A DNA stretch of 63,994 bases, the filler included, from Catajapyx aquilonaris (Eukaryota): the NCBI GenBank assembly GCA_000934665.2. It is 3 parts of 3 records of this genome, joined end to end, with 100 filler letters (N's around TTAATTAATTAA, not from the genome) between each part and the next. Parts side by side here need not be neighbours in the genome. Positions count along the whole stretch, not along the records: positions 43,132 to 63,994 come from JYFJ02006174.1; 2 more parts are not named here. The stretch is one strand, 5' to 3'. The notes under the pieces are model-generated. The model made no database searches. It saw only the letters and a program-made list of their open reading frames with translations, and had not been told where the DNA came from. The translations under genes were made by a program, and so were the position numbers. Shown here one piece after another: positions 51,501 through 63,027 of this stretch (the first letter of the stretch is position 1; each line of letters starts with the position of its first letter).

Positions 51501-52179
51501 GGGTCACGCCCAGATTGTGATGGAGTCGGTGCGGTTCGGCCACCTGACCACCTGGCAGCTGGCCAACATCAAGAGGAACGCGCAGTTCAAGGAGTGGCAG
51601 AGCGTGGTCACCTCGCACCGTGCCGTCCAGGACATGATCGAGGAGGCCTTCGTGTAAGCACAGCACTACTTGTTTTGCTATATATCGGGGCAAATGTGGT
51701 GCATGGCCGACCATCATTTCAGTATGGCTGCTATCCGCGAGCATCTCCAGGAAGACAACGCAGACTTTGACCACTTCGTTAAGGTGACCGGGGTGAACGT
51801 GCCCAGGCCACGCTGCTGGCTGAAGGGCATCCCAGACACGGAGCGTTTCTCCCCGACCAGCTCCCGCATGCTGGCCAGCATGTCCCTGGCCAACCTGATG
51901 GAGCAGCTGTCCCACCCTGACGTGGCCATGGAGCGACTCTCCTCCATGCCTGGAAGCCCAACCTCCAGCTCAGGGGCGCGCTCCCCTGCAGCCATCGCCT
52001 CCGTGGCACTGTCCAACGCAACCAGCCGGTACCCGAACATGTACTCAGGGTTCGAAGGCAGCGGGCAGTCCAGCCCCTCGGGATCTCCCAGGAACATCCA
52101 ATCCCCGTCATCCGACGAAGGAGCATCCCCATCCACCTGCAGCAAGAGATCCTCCTCTTCGGGAAGGTCCAGGAAGTAA
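48232..52179 (+). CDS. BTB-BACK domain protein without kelch repeats, with a long disordered N-terminus
   Basis: Frame-compatible exons about 49260-50124, 50201-50502, 50577-50639, 50706-50786, 50867-50999, 51076-51653 and 51723-52179. BTB: DWIVTINSEEFPCHSIALQTHSKFF...SFVDVMHWI. BACK: FLELDIDELLFLLGNDNLVLNSELEVFEAGVRWL...MESVRF. The 5' exons (48232-48259, about 48339-48397) are tentative. Confidence 0.8.
48471..48534. repeat. (AAT)n microsatellite
   Basis: Read directly. Confidence 0.95.
50335..50412 (+). repeat. Coding 12-bp minisatellite (cagcccaaggtc) encoding SPRS repeats
   Basis: Five perfect units plus variant and partial units, giving SPRASPRSSPRSSPRSSPRSSPRSSP. Confidence 0.9.
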
Positions 52180-52611
52180 AACACGTCTGAGAGCCTGTCC
52201 CCCATTCGACAGAACCCACACCGCCAGACTGTTTATTTCTTTTTTTAAATAATAATAATAATTAATATAATTGCCAGCTAGCTGACACGAGTGTGACGCA
52301 ATATGGATGCGAGAGAGAGCCTAAGATCATCCGAAAAATGATTGAAATCATGGTGGAATTAATAATAAGCAGCAATAGATGACATAGAGGTCCTTATTCT
52401 TCATTGCAGCCTCCTCTTGTATACATGTCTACAATAGGTACCCAAGTTCCTCGTCGGCGTCCTCCACATCTGCAGCCATGTCCTCTCCAGAAGCCATGAG
52501 CAGGTTTATGTGATTCACCCTAATGGACAAAACTTGTTGGACTTGCCTTTTTTTTCCTGTCTACTTCATCAGTACTATATGAGCTATATGAAACTCTGAC
52601 CTTGGAAGTCT

Positions 52612-53258
52612 GAAAGGAACCCTTCCAAGATTGATTTTGCAGTGTTCCGCAATAATTTTTATTGGGAGTTGTTTCTCATAATATTAGAAGAAAAATGAAA
52701 CTCAGTGTTTAAATATCTGCCCCCTGAGGGATGAGTAGTGAAAACCAGGGCTTAGAGGTTGAGAATATGCAATTTGTGTGCACTTGAAATTACCACAGCA
52801 GGCACTAAAAATCTTCCGGAGTTTCAATATTAATTTTTGCAGCAATATTTGATGGTGACCCATTTTTTTAAATCACATTGTTCACAAAAAGTGTTACACT
52901 GTTACTCAATAAAATAAATGCTTGTTTCACATTGTTACAACACTGCACTGCACACATTAATGAAATTATCATTCTTGAACAATATGCTACTCAAAAAATT
53001 GGGCATAATCAACTAGTGCCTGGAAAATGTATCAATATTGAAATTCTGGAAGCTTTTTAGTGCCTGTTGTGGCCATTTCAAGTGCAAAAAAAATTGCAAA
53101 TTCTCGACTTTTGAGCCCAGGTCTTCACTACTGAGGGGACAGATACTGATTTAAAAACTGAGTTTCACTTTTTCATCTATTATTATGAGGAACAACTTCA
53201 AATAAAAATTATTGCAGAACAGGGAACACTACAAAATCAATCCTGGAAGAGATCCTTC
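52612..53258. mobile_element. Foldback/MITE with long imperfect arms
   Basis: cttccaagattgattttgcagtgttcc...aataatttttatt pairs with aataaaaattatt...ggaacactacaaaatcaatcctggaag. The inner arms pair too (caggcactaaaaa / tttttagtgcctg). Confidence 0.7.
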
Positions 53259-54403
53259 GCAATTATTTCACATATTTGAACAGCCTCAATGGAAAACTCT
53301 CTGAGAAATTCATATTGCAATTTTTTGTGGCAGTCGTCCAAATTTTTGGAAGCAATTTTGTCCACTGGATGTGATACCTAATGAAATTGATATGTGGGCA
53401 TTCGTAACTCTATGTATGCTGCAAAATTTCAAATGAAAATTACAGATGGTTTTTAACTCATGGTGTGCCCCTTTTCAGCTTTTCATGCACATAAGAAGGT
53501 GCAGATTCTTGGCTTTCAATGACACTACTTGTAATTCACCACTTGGAATATTGATTTTTAAAATCCTCGAGATTCACTCTTTATCAAAATGCACTAACAA
53601 TTATTTGTCTGAGAATAATCAGGGTGATCCCACACATCAAATCTCCCAGCTTTGCAGCGCTCCTACTCGAGAGCCTTCCCATATTAGAGGTGCTGGAAGT
53701 GAGTGACTTGTGTTGAAATGATTAATATTCGAAATTAAGCAACCCTTTTTTATTTCTTTTCATGTCAGTAAAATGTGTGGGAATTGAAATGTTCACTCCT
53801 TTTCAGGCTGTATACGCAAATCCTTAATTCCTCTGCAGGTTTGAAACTTAAATAATGGTATGCGAATTCTCGGCAGCATTGTTGTGGCCAGTTGCAGTTG
53901 TCTTCAACAGTGTGCCTTGGAATCTCAGAGTGTTAAGAAGCGTATGCAGCTATCAGCAGTAACAATAGGTTCTGGTAGCAGAAAACTGATCCCAAAGATC
54001 AATGCATAAGGGAGTTGGTTTAGAAAGTACAATTTTATCTCATCATGTTTGAAACTTTTATTTAGGCAAATACACTGTTCGTGGAATACAATATTGTTCT
54101 TGAAAGGTGCACGTACTACCTTAATTATTAATCTACTGACAATATCGAAATTATGGCTAGCCTCTAATGGTAACACCTTCAATGTTTTCTGGTCTAAAAA
54201 TCGAACAAAACTATGTCAAAATTCAATTAGGCATCTTGTCCGCTGTGAGGAAAATAAAATCAACTCAAAATGTGTCAGTTATCATGCAAAATGCATCAAC
54301 AATAATTCAGAACAATAAAAAAAACCATCTATAATATTGCGACTAGCTCTTAAAACAAAAATTAAATGCCTTTGAATATCCCAGGGAGAACCATTTAGTG
54401 ATT

Positions 54404-55755
54404 TTAATCCGTCTGGAATGGTCCGGCATTTTTGGTCTGGGTGTCTAAGCCGTGCATAAAAGAGCTGGAGGATTCATCAGATGTGTCCAGCAGTTCGACA
54501 TTAGAGGCGAACCTTCCTCCTTGATTTCGATTGCGGTTGACGGCATGGAGATGGCGTGACAGGTGCAGGTACCTCTGAAGAAGGGGGAAAATATGACCCA
54601 AGATGGAAAAAAAATAACGTAGTCTGCAAAATGTGGTTGTGAGGATTACAAGCAAAAAAAATCTTGTGTTACATTGTGCTTTATAATAGTGTTTAGGAGC
54701 AACAACATTTGAAAATATTTAAAAATCGACTGCAATTTGTGCCTGGTGATATTATGCTTCCAACACTAATTCAATGATGATTTTTATTGCCAGTGTATAT
54801 CACATAGGAAGAAGGAGGATCCAGCAAGTGTACAGATGTCCTGGAAAAGATCACATGATGATTACACTGACCTGTCGTGTGGGTGGTATCCTCCCCTGAG
54901 CGACGAGCTTGGCCCTGGCCTCCCTCCTCTTGAGGATGCGATAGTATTGCCTTGTGTTGACATACAATACATCATATTCTGGGAGTTCCGTCAGGGGCAT
55001 CAGCGGCCGCTGGCGAACACCACTGGAGCCTGGCTCAGTCTGCCGGAAGTGTGCAACAAAACACTCAAGAAAACTCTTCACATTTGATCAGAAATGAGAA
55101 TCATAAAAAGCACTACAAAATAATCAATGAGAAGCACATTGCTGGTGTGTGGTTCAGAGTATGTAGCAGTGTAAATTGATAATCCCACCCACACACTGGT
55201 TGGCTGTATAAGTACTGCAAGTAAATGTCCTGCTTTTTTGCATGACTCAAAGAATAAGTGGTGGTATGTTGGCTCTTATTCCACACCTTGGGAGCTTCAG
55301 TCATTTCCTTTCGAGCTGCTGCCTTCGGGCGAGCAGCTGCAGGAGTGGAAGTGGCTCCATCATTAAGGTTGCTCACATTCCCCGAAGTCTGAGGTTGGAC
55401 TGAGGCCGATGAATCACTGGGCACTGCAGCAGACGGGGCAGCAGTTGCCCCACCAGCAGGTCCGGTCGTCACCAGCGCATATGTGCCTGCCAGGCTCACC
55501 CCTGCAAACCAACACATGCCTTTTGAATAAACCTGAGGCGCATCACGACCCTACAACAATGCAAGAGGACTGACCAGGCTGTGGACTGCTGACCACCGGG
55601 ACAGCAGGCTGGTATATGATGTACAGCTGACCATTGATGGTCGCCTGGACGATCTGGAGCTGACGAGACTGCTGCGTGGCACCCTGCAATGTATACACAC
55701 GACAATAATACATCTGGTGAATAACACAGTGGCGCAAGACCCGCCGTACCTCCAT
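54404..55755 (-). CDS. Nf-YA: NF-YA-like CCAAT-binding subunit (divergent, about 222 aa); exons 55755-55750, 55683-55575, 55501-55287, 55039-54872, 54574-54404
   Basis: LYVNTRQYYRILKRREARAKLVAQGRIPPTRQ|RYLHLSRHLHAVNRNRNQGGRF matches the CBF-B/NF-YA domain. All introns are GT-AG with compatible phases. Q-rich first exons. Confidence 0.85.
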
Positions 55756-56006
55756 CCCCAGCAGATGTGGTGTCCTTCTTCAAGCCTGTCCGACACGTGG
55801 AATAATTATCAAGCAAAGGCGGCGGCCATTTTGTTGAGGAGAAAGCGTCTGGTGACGTCACGCTCAAGTTATGCCATCCCACCGACAGAGGCCCTCGCGG
55901 GGGAACCTATTGCATCATCTCTGCCTTAGACGCCCCGTTAATAAGAGCAAAAAAGGTTTCTATCGCGATAGACTCTTCTATCAGAATAAGAACAGGAAGA
56001 TAGACC
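55756..56006. promoter_or_regulatory. Candidate bidirectional promoter
   Basis: 251 bp between divergent ATGs. E-box CACGTG (55794-55799), YY1/Pho-like GCGGCCATTTTG (55822-55833), CRE TGACGTCA (55853-55860), palindrome TCTATCGCGATAGA (55959-55972). Confidence 0.6.
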
Positions 56007-58583
56007 ATGACTCCTCCTCCAGTTGACTTCACTCATCCGGCAGCTGTGAAGAGGCGTCTTTTCATCGGGAATGTCACCAACAGTGATGAGGCTCAGCGAA
56101 CTCTCATGGAGCGATTTCAGAGCCATGGAAAAGTGGAAGGTAGTACCTATACAATAACAAAGGAATTGCTGGTAAACAATAAATTATTGCACTGCCTTAT
56201 TATTTTGCAGGTTTGATGCTGAATCGAGGCTTTGGATTTGCCCAGTTTGAAAGCGAAGAGGTAGCCAAAACAGTGCTTGAATGTGAAAATGGCATCGTTG
56301 TTAAAGGAAAGAAAATAGGTACGGATCCTAGTCCATCAGTCTATAGTTTCAGTTGTTGTAATTTCTGGAAACTCACATATAGCTTAGATTGTATAGAATA
56401 ACACCAATCATGGATGTGGGGATTTTTTAATATTTAAATTGTAGTCTTTATCCACCTGCCAGTTCAGTCCAGTTGACACACCTACCAGCAGTGTGAGGCG
56501 TTGAATGTTTATTTTTGTTTTCCTGTTTACAGAGCTTAAAGCAGCAAGGGTTGGAGGCAGGGGTCCTGGAGGTGTCCCACTCCATTCAGGACAGACAGAG
56601 TCACCCAATCCACAGGCAAACAAGCAGGAAGCTGCTCCTCCTGCAGCCAAAAGGGGACATTCTGCAGGGAGAGGTGGAAGTGCAGAAGGCAGGGGTAGAG
56701 GTGGAAGTAGTGGTAGGGGTGACTCGAATGATGGTCGTGGTAGAAGAAACTTGATGAGTGATGGAGGAAGGGGCAGGGGCAGAGGTGACTGTCACGATGG
56801 GAATAAGGGTGCTGCTAGGACAGAATCCTCAGCATGTGGTCAGCTGCAGGCTCCCCCAAAAGAGACAACCCCAACCCCTATGGCAGGCATTCAAGAGCCA
56901 CCTCCTCTTATGAGAGACTGGCATGACCGGGATAGAGACATGATGAGTTCAAGGTGAGAATGTGGCCAACTATTCTGTGAATGTGTGTAACTTGCTTTCT
57001 TCATAGGTCTGCCACATTATGGGATGATGCAGATGATGCTCGTTCCAGGTTTCTCAACAACAGAGAGATGGCCTACCGTGAGAAGCTCTGGGGTCATTAT
57101 GAGCGAGGGTACAGGTACGCATCAGTCACAGTTGTTTGGAGCAGTTGATCACTTTTGTTATATCAACATATGCATATGTAAATTCTCAGGGGAGATGGTT
57201 ACGATGATTATTATGCTGCTGTTCAACAAGAACAGTACATGGAGATGATGGCCCAAGCTAGGGCCAATGTCTGTGAGATTGTTACCATGGACAAGACTCT
57301 ACGGTGAGTACATGTGATAGTATAATTTCTCGTAAATTATTAGTGACACGTCCTATTCCTTGCAGGGCTTATGCAGAGTACGTGGAGAGCCGCGTGAAGA
57401 ATGTCGGATTATTTGTGGACATTTTGTTTGCGAAGGGAAATGTGCCTATGGATAAGGCTGTGCGAAGTATCAAGACTCGAGGAGTGTTTTATGCAATCCT
57501 CGTCAACACTGAACACGAGCAACACCGGAGTGTCACCTTGTATATTCTCAGGGGGCGGATTCAAGGTGAGAAGTGCTTTTATGGCCACTCTGAAGCAAAC
57601 ATTTATTGGTGGAAGAGTATGGTGGTTTTCATTTTTCATGCATTGGCTTATCTTTTCAAACCCCAGTACACAAAAATATGCTCCTGGATGATGCCATCAA
57701 GTTTATGGCACGTGATTATGAGAAGTGCAATCTGGCATTACATGAGGGGAAACCACTTCCAAAGGCCAGTGGAAATGATCAGACCACACCTCCAGCTCCT
57801 TCGATTAATCTGGAGGCCCACCCTGAGCATGTGCGCCAGTTGATCGACTTATTCATCGACAACAAGCCCATGACAGTTTTGGAGTATGATCGCTTGCAGC
57901 AGTACATAAAAGAGAAGAGGGACAGGCAGTTACTGGCTGAACCTGATGCCGCATTAGGCACCACTGCTACAGCTGAAGGCAAGTATATATCCCCTACAAG
58001 CAGGCGTTTATTTCTCATAATAAAAGCTCACTAAAATTGTCTCCTTTCTTTTCAAAATGGTATAGAACATGATGAAGGAGCTCAGGCAATGCAACAATTG
58101 GAGTTGCAGCAGAGGATCTTGAATATTCTCAACTCAGGCTCTTTCAGTGCAGGCGGTGCAGCCACCAGCATGCACACTTCTCTAAACATGAGTCCTGCTG
58201 GTTCTAGCATGGGAATAAGCAACCCAACTGCGACATCGGCACCGCAGCCCGTACCACCTCCCACCACAGCCACATGGTCACAGCAGCTGACCTCAATGCC
58301 AAACCAGAGCACCAAATACAGCACTGGTGCTGTCAACCAACAAACAATGCAGCAAATGCCCAGCAGCACCAGACCCGCCGTGTCCAATGCTGTTTTGGAC
58401 AGTCCAACTTTTCAGAGAGCTTTGGACAGTCTCATTCGACATGGCCCAAACTTCTTGAAGGGCTTGTCCCAGGCCCAGGCTACCACCACCACTACGCAGC
58501 CCACACAGGCTGGTAATGCACACATGGGCAGGAGGAAGCAGCCCATCATGTTCAACGCATACGGAAGTGACCAGCCGAAGTGA
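56007..58583 (+). CDS. NCOA5: NCOA5/Neosin-like protein (RRM, RG-rich region, anticodon-binding-like domain), about 8 exons
   Basis: RRM: RRLFIGN...ERFQSHGKVE, NRGFGFAQF. RGRGG tract. CEIVTMDK..RAYAEYVESRVKNVGLFVDILF...YAILVNTEHEQHRSVTLYIL...HKNMLLDDAIKF. C-terminal ELQQRILNIL and LDSPTFQRALDSLI. AATAAA at about 58685. Confidence 0.85.
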
Positions 58584-59480
58584 TGATGAACGCAGTATTT
58601 ATCACACACTGTGGTGGTGGTTCACAGTTGTGTGTTTCATCTTTGGGTGGTTGGCGGAACAAGTTGCATTGTACCAGTGGCTGTAATAAATAGGATAATC
58701 CTGTTTTGATCACACGTTTTCACTTCGTTAGGCTCATTGCTCTCTAAGCACTTTGCCTACCAATTTTCATGCTTTCACTATAGTTATACGGTAGCTTAAT
58801 AGCGGCTCACCGGCAAGAGCAGCGAAAGAGCGAATCGCGGTTAATGTAACAGCTACAGCTCGATATGGCGATCCCTCCTTTTCAAAGCAGCTGCGTTTCA
58901 TTCGACCCAAACGGCCTATTCCAAAGATGGCGGATTTTGGACAGCATTTGGAAAAGAATCCCTTCGAAATAAAGCTGTTGTTTCTCTAGATCTCAGCAGC
59001 CTGGAAGTGTGGATGGGCCGTTATTGACTGTCTTGACTGGGGCATAGACAGCTGGAGGCCTCTCTCTCTCTCTCATTCTGTGAGTTCATAGAGACAGCCT
59101 GCTGTGTACCTTGACTGGGGTGTGTCTGCCAGCCACCAACTGAAATCAGCGAAAATGTACCCTTCTGGGTCTCTCTCTCTGCACTGAGGCTCGCATCGCT
59201 TGCTCAGTGCCTTTCAGTTGCGTTCATGTTCATTGTGTTTGGCCTTGCTCATGCAGTGCACGCGTCAGCTGAGTCACGACCAAATGGATGGAGTCAACTT
59301 ATTGCAACGCTTTCCTTTACTGTTACATGTTGTTCTTTTCATCATACTGCCGTTGCACACTTGCACTTGTTAGTGTATAAACGGCTGGACAAAACAGCAG
59401 TCGTCATCTTCACGGCGTTTCCCTAACAGACACGGGGGGTTGCCAGCGGATGTTGAGGAGGAGGTCCTTAATATCCTTGT

Positions 59481-59698
59481 ACAGCAGTCCCTTGAAAATT
59501 TCTAGAGTGGGTGGCACAAGTGGCTATATCCACTGGCACAGTGTTGGACATAATGAATCGAGGCATATTGCTAGCGACATTTTCCGAAGCGGCAGAAGAA
59601 GGAATTGAAGCCGGGCGAGCAATCTCTTCGGAAAATGTCGCTGGCAGTATGCCTCGATTTATGTCCAACGCTGTACCGCCCACGCCAGGGACTGCTGT
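59481..59698. mobile_element. Palindromic MITE-like element
   Basis: acagcagtccct / agggactgctgt ends, with inner arms aatcgaggcatattgctagcgacattttccgaag / cttcggaaaatgtcgctggcagtatgcctcgatt. Confidence 0.55.
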
Positions 59699-61545
59699 TT
59701 TGTCCACCCGGGTACAATATGTAAACATTTCGCGGAAGGAGGTCCCCCAAAGGTGCCAATATGGCCCAGAACGGGGTAAGATAAATAAAAATAAAAACAA
59801 AATAAATAGATATGTAAACATTTAGAAGGCTTTTATATGCACTTACATGTCAGAGCAATGCATTATTCCCTTGAGAACCACAAATTATCCATTCAGTTGA
59901 ATTATGGTTGGACAATCAGCATTGTTTTCTTGTATCATGTCAAAGTTATCTCACCACATTCAACATCAGGATTTATGTATCTCTAGTGTATAGAGCAATG
60001 CCGGGTTTTGACCTTCCTGCACAATCCAATTAATGGGATCTGCTCGAGGGTGGGTTTTGCTCTGCCATGTTGCAATTTGTACTGGACAGTGTTGCTAATA
60101 ATACTACATGTTAAACAAAACTATGGATGTATTATTATTTTACCAGCACGCTCCAATGCGCACCACAGTTCCTGCAGCTTGCACGGTTGGCATTATCAAT
60201 CGTTTCTGGTAACCTTGAGTAAGTAGGTCAGTAAGCACTGCGCTTATTTCCAACACTATGCTTGAATGGGAAACAAAATGGCCCGTGTTCACGAAGTTGC
60301 CAAATCTTAGGAATTAACCTCAGAGGCTACGGCTGGTTGTAAGAAAGCAAACAAGAGGAAATAATTGATTATGTTGACGTAAATAGCACTATGCGGAAAA
60401 ATAAACTTTTGCCCTTAGCAATTCATCGCCACTTCTGTGTTCCTTAGGTCGCTCATAAGAGTCGTAACTCATAATGACCTTTTCATTTGTTGCAAATTCT
60501 TGGCTTTCAGGGTTACTTGAAATTCGCCACCTGGAAAATTGATAGGAAAAAAAATCACTTGGTCCATTTACAATCCCCTAAAAATATTATATGTCGCAGT
60601 CTTGAACTATTTATTTTCACTTCTACGTGACTGTACTTAGCAGCTAGCCTTTGACATTGTGGTTGCAACCTTGGTGCCCAACCTTCACCTGATATTAGAA
60701 ACAGTAGTGCACATCTCTTGCATTAGATTGTCTGGATTAGAGATTACATGAAACACAGTGAAACATGATAGCATTTTACTGACAATAGCAGCTTGGCTGA
60801 ACATGTTATTCCTGGTTCCTGATTTCTTTCTACTTCCAGAGCCTGCCAGTTGTGCATTCCGCTAAGCCTGGAGCTGGAAAGGGAGGCTTCCTCCCTTCCG
60901 CTGGAAGAAAGCGTGGATCGAAAGGCCTTGGGAAATCCCCTGGTGCAGCTTGGAGCAGGAGATAAGAATAATTTCTTGGTCTGCACTGACATTTTCAGCC
61001 AGAACAAGTGAGTTGGATTTATCCATTACCCATCAGGACAGTTCCCCCTAGTTACAATAGACAGCAGAACATGCAACCAGGGGCATGGGATGCTGACATT
61101 CGTAAAAAAAAAAAAAATCATTTTACTTCTTTAATTGCATGTTCAATTGTGGCACTGGCAGTCCAGTAGCAACAAAAATATTTCTTGATGAACTGGGAAA
61201 GGAATGATGAAAATACGCTTAAAAATGTAGTAGGGAAAAGGCTGGAATGTTACGCTCCTGAGCCCAGGAAGTGGCAGAGAGACATTCTAAAACTCGAAAA
61301 CTACATACCATTAACCTTTAATCTGATGAAGCTAGTACGTATGAGAAAGAAAAAATATGCAAGGATTGAAAACCATGAATAGCCAAGGATAAAATGGGTG
61401 TACATACTGCATTTACCTTACAGAGTACATTGGTCAGAGATGATCATGACCATATGTTTGAAAACGAAAATTTTTCCAGGATCACTTTGTTTGTGCATTG
61501 TTGAGAATGTCTCACTGAAGCACTACTCTTCTCATTCCACAGACC

Positions 61546-63027
61546 ATGCCCAGAAGGAACCAGCCCCAAAGCCTCGAGAACCTGAGCCTGCGCACTGTGG
61601 CTGGCAATGCAGTGCAAGCCTGCGAAAGAAGCAGGGGCCAACATGAAGAGGAGATTATTTCCCAGTACGTCTGCAGCATCCCAAACATCCTTGCAAATGA
61701 TTACGTGGCGGAGGTTCTGAGGCTGTGTTCAACGTTGAAGAAAGATTTCGACATTACCAGTGCCATTCATCACAAGTGCACTAAGATTTTGCACAGAGGT
61801 TACCTTTCACTCTCGGAGAATTGGTATCGCAGGTTGGTGTCCAGTCTCCACGTCATGAGTGATTTAAAAGTGTTTGAGAATGTCAGTGATGATGCTGAGA
61901 TTTTACCTATCGAAATATTTCAATCATTCCCAAGGCTGAACAAGCTCTGCTCAATTGAAATTCCCACTGTGAGTTCCCAAGATCTCTCAATACTGCAGAA
62001 CTGCCCACATCTCCAGGAGATTGACGTAAATGTAGCGTGCTTCTGGGCGGAGCCCGATTTCTCTGCCCTGGCAAACTGCAGCCATCTGATAAAAATCAGA
62101 ACCAGTCCATTCATCAATCCTCCCAGTTTTGCAGTCCTCCTGCTTGAGAAACTTCCAAAATTAGAGGTAATGACTATGAGTGATGTGAAGGATGTTCTGT
62201 CACTATGCCAACACCCTTATCCTTGTTTGAAGGACTTTGGGAGTAAGCTTAATGCAAAAGAATCTGACACTCTTGAAAAGGTTCCAAACTACTTCCCAAA
62301 CCTGGAGCAGCTTGCCGTGAAGTTGGCTGGAGAAGCAGATCTAAGTCCACTGAACAGGCTAACCAACCTCAAGAGTTTACGTGTTAAAGGAGGAACAGCT
62401 TCCAGCCTGCTCTGCTTGCTGGACAATTGCATGAGCCATCTTTCCAGCTTGACTTTGGATTATGTGGATGGACTCGATTCCGTATTTGGACAGGACAGAA
62501 ACATATCCTTTCCGCAAGTAAACTGTCTGATTACATTTCACTGCACTGGAGTAAACTTGGCAGCCATTGGGGAGATTTTCCCCAACGTAAAGTATCTTGA
62601 GGCCTACGCAAATGAATTCACTGCATTGAATCTGTATCCAACTGCTCATGCCTTTCAAGCGATTGAAACCTTTTGTGTGGATGTCACAATGCCAAGGAGA
62701 TACATCAGACATATCTTGTCCAGGAAGAACCTGAAGAAACTCGAAATGGGCAACTATTCAACTGATTCATTTGTGTCCGCTGACCTTTTTCAAGGCATAA
62801 GACTAGAAGCTTTGCAAACACTGATGATATACGACAACCTACTGACAAAGGAAGTGATTCCAGCGATTTTGGGTTCAAGTGGAGACGATTTACAATATGT
62901 GTCTTTGCAGAGCAGGTGGCTGACTCTGTCAAATGGTGAGTGTGATGAATTGTCCAACCAATTGCAACCCTATGACATGCATTTCATCATTGAAGATGAT
63001 TCCACCATCAAGTTCGAATATGAGTAA
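61546..63027 (+). CDS. Intronless 493-aa leucine-rich-repeat protein with an N-terminal BC-box-like motif
   Basis: Long open frame. RNI/FBXL-type LRRs (CPHLQEIDV, LPKLEVMTM, FPNLEQLAV, LTNLKSLRV, FPNVKYLEA). N-terminal PQSLENLSLRTVA. A splice acceptor ttccacag lies just before the ATG. Confidence 0.8.
   Translation: MPRRNQPQSLENLSLRTVAGNAVQACERSRGQHEEEIISQYVCSIPNILANDYVAEVLRLCSTLKKDFDITSAIHHKCTKILHRGYLSLSENWYRRLVSSLHVMSDLKVFENVSDDAEILPIEIFQSFPRLNKLCSIEIPTVSSQDLSILQNCPHLQEIDVNVACFWAEPDFSALANCSHLIKIRTSPFINPPSFAVLLLEKLPKLEVMTMSDVKDVLSLCQHPYPCLKDFGSKLNAKESDTLEKVPNYFPNLEQLAVKLAGEADLSPLNRLTNLKSLRVKGGTASSLLCLLDNCMSHLSSLTLDYVDGLDSVFGQDRNISFPQVNCLITFHCTGVNLAAIGEIFPNVKYLEAYANEFTALNLYPTAHAFQAIETFCVDVTMPRRYIRHILSRKNLKKLEMGNYSTDSFVSADLFQGIRLEALQTLMIYDNLLTKEVIPAILGSSGDDLQYVSLQSRWLTLSNGECDELSNQLQPYDMHFIIEDDSTIKFEYE

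Noticed and set aside
50494..51915. 473-aa minus-strand ORF
   Set aside because: Antisense shadow of the GC3-rich BTB-BACK exons; no motif of its own.
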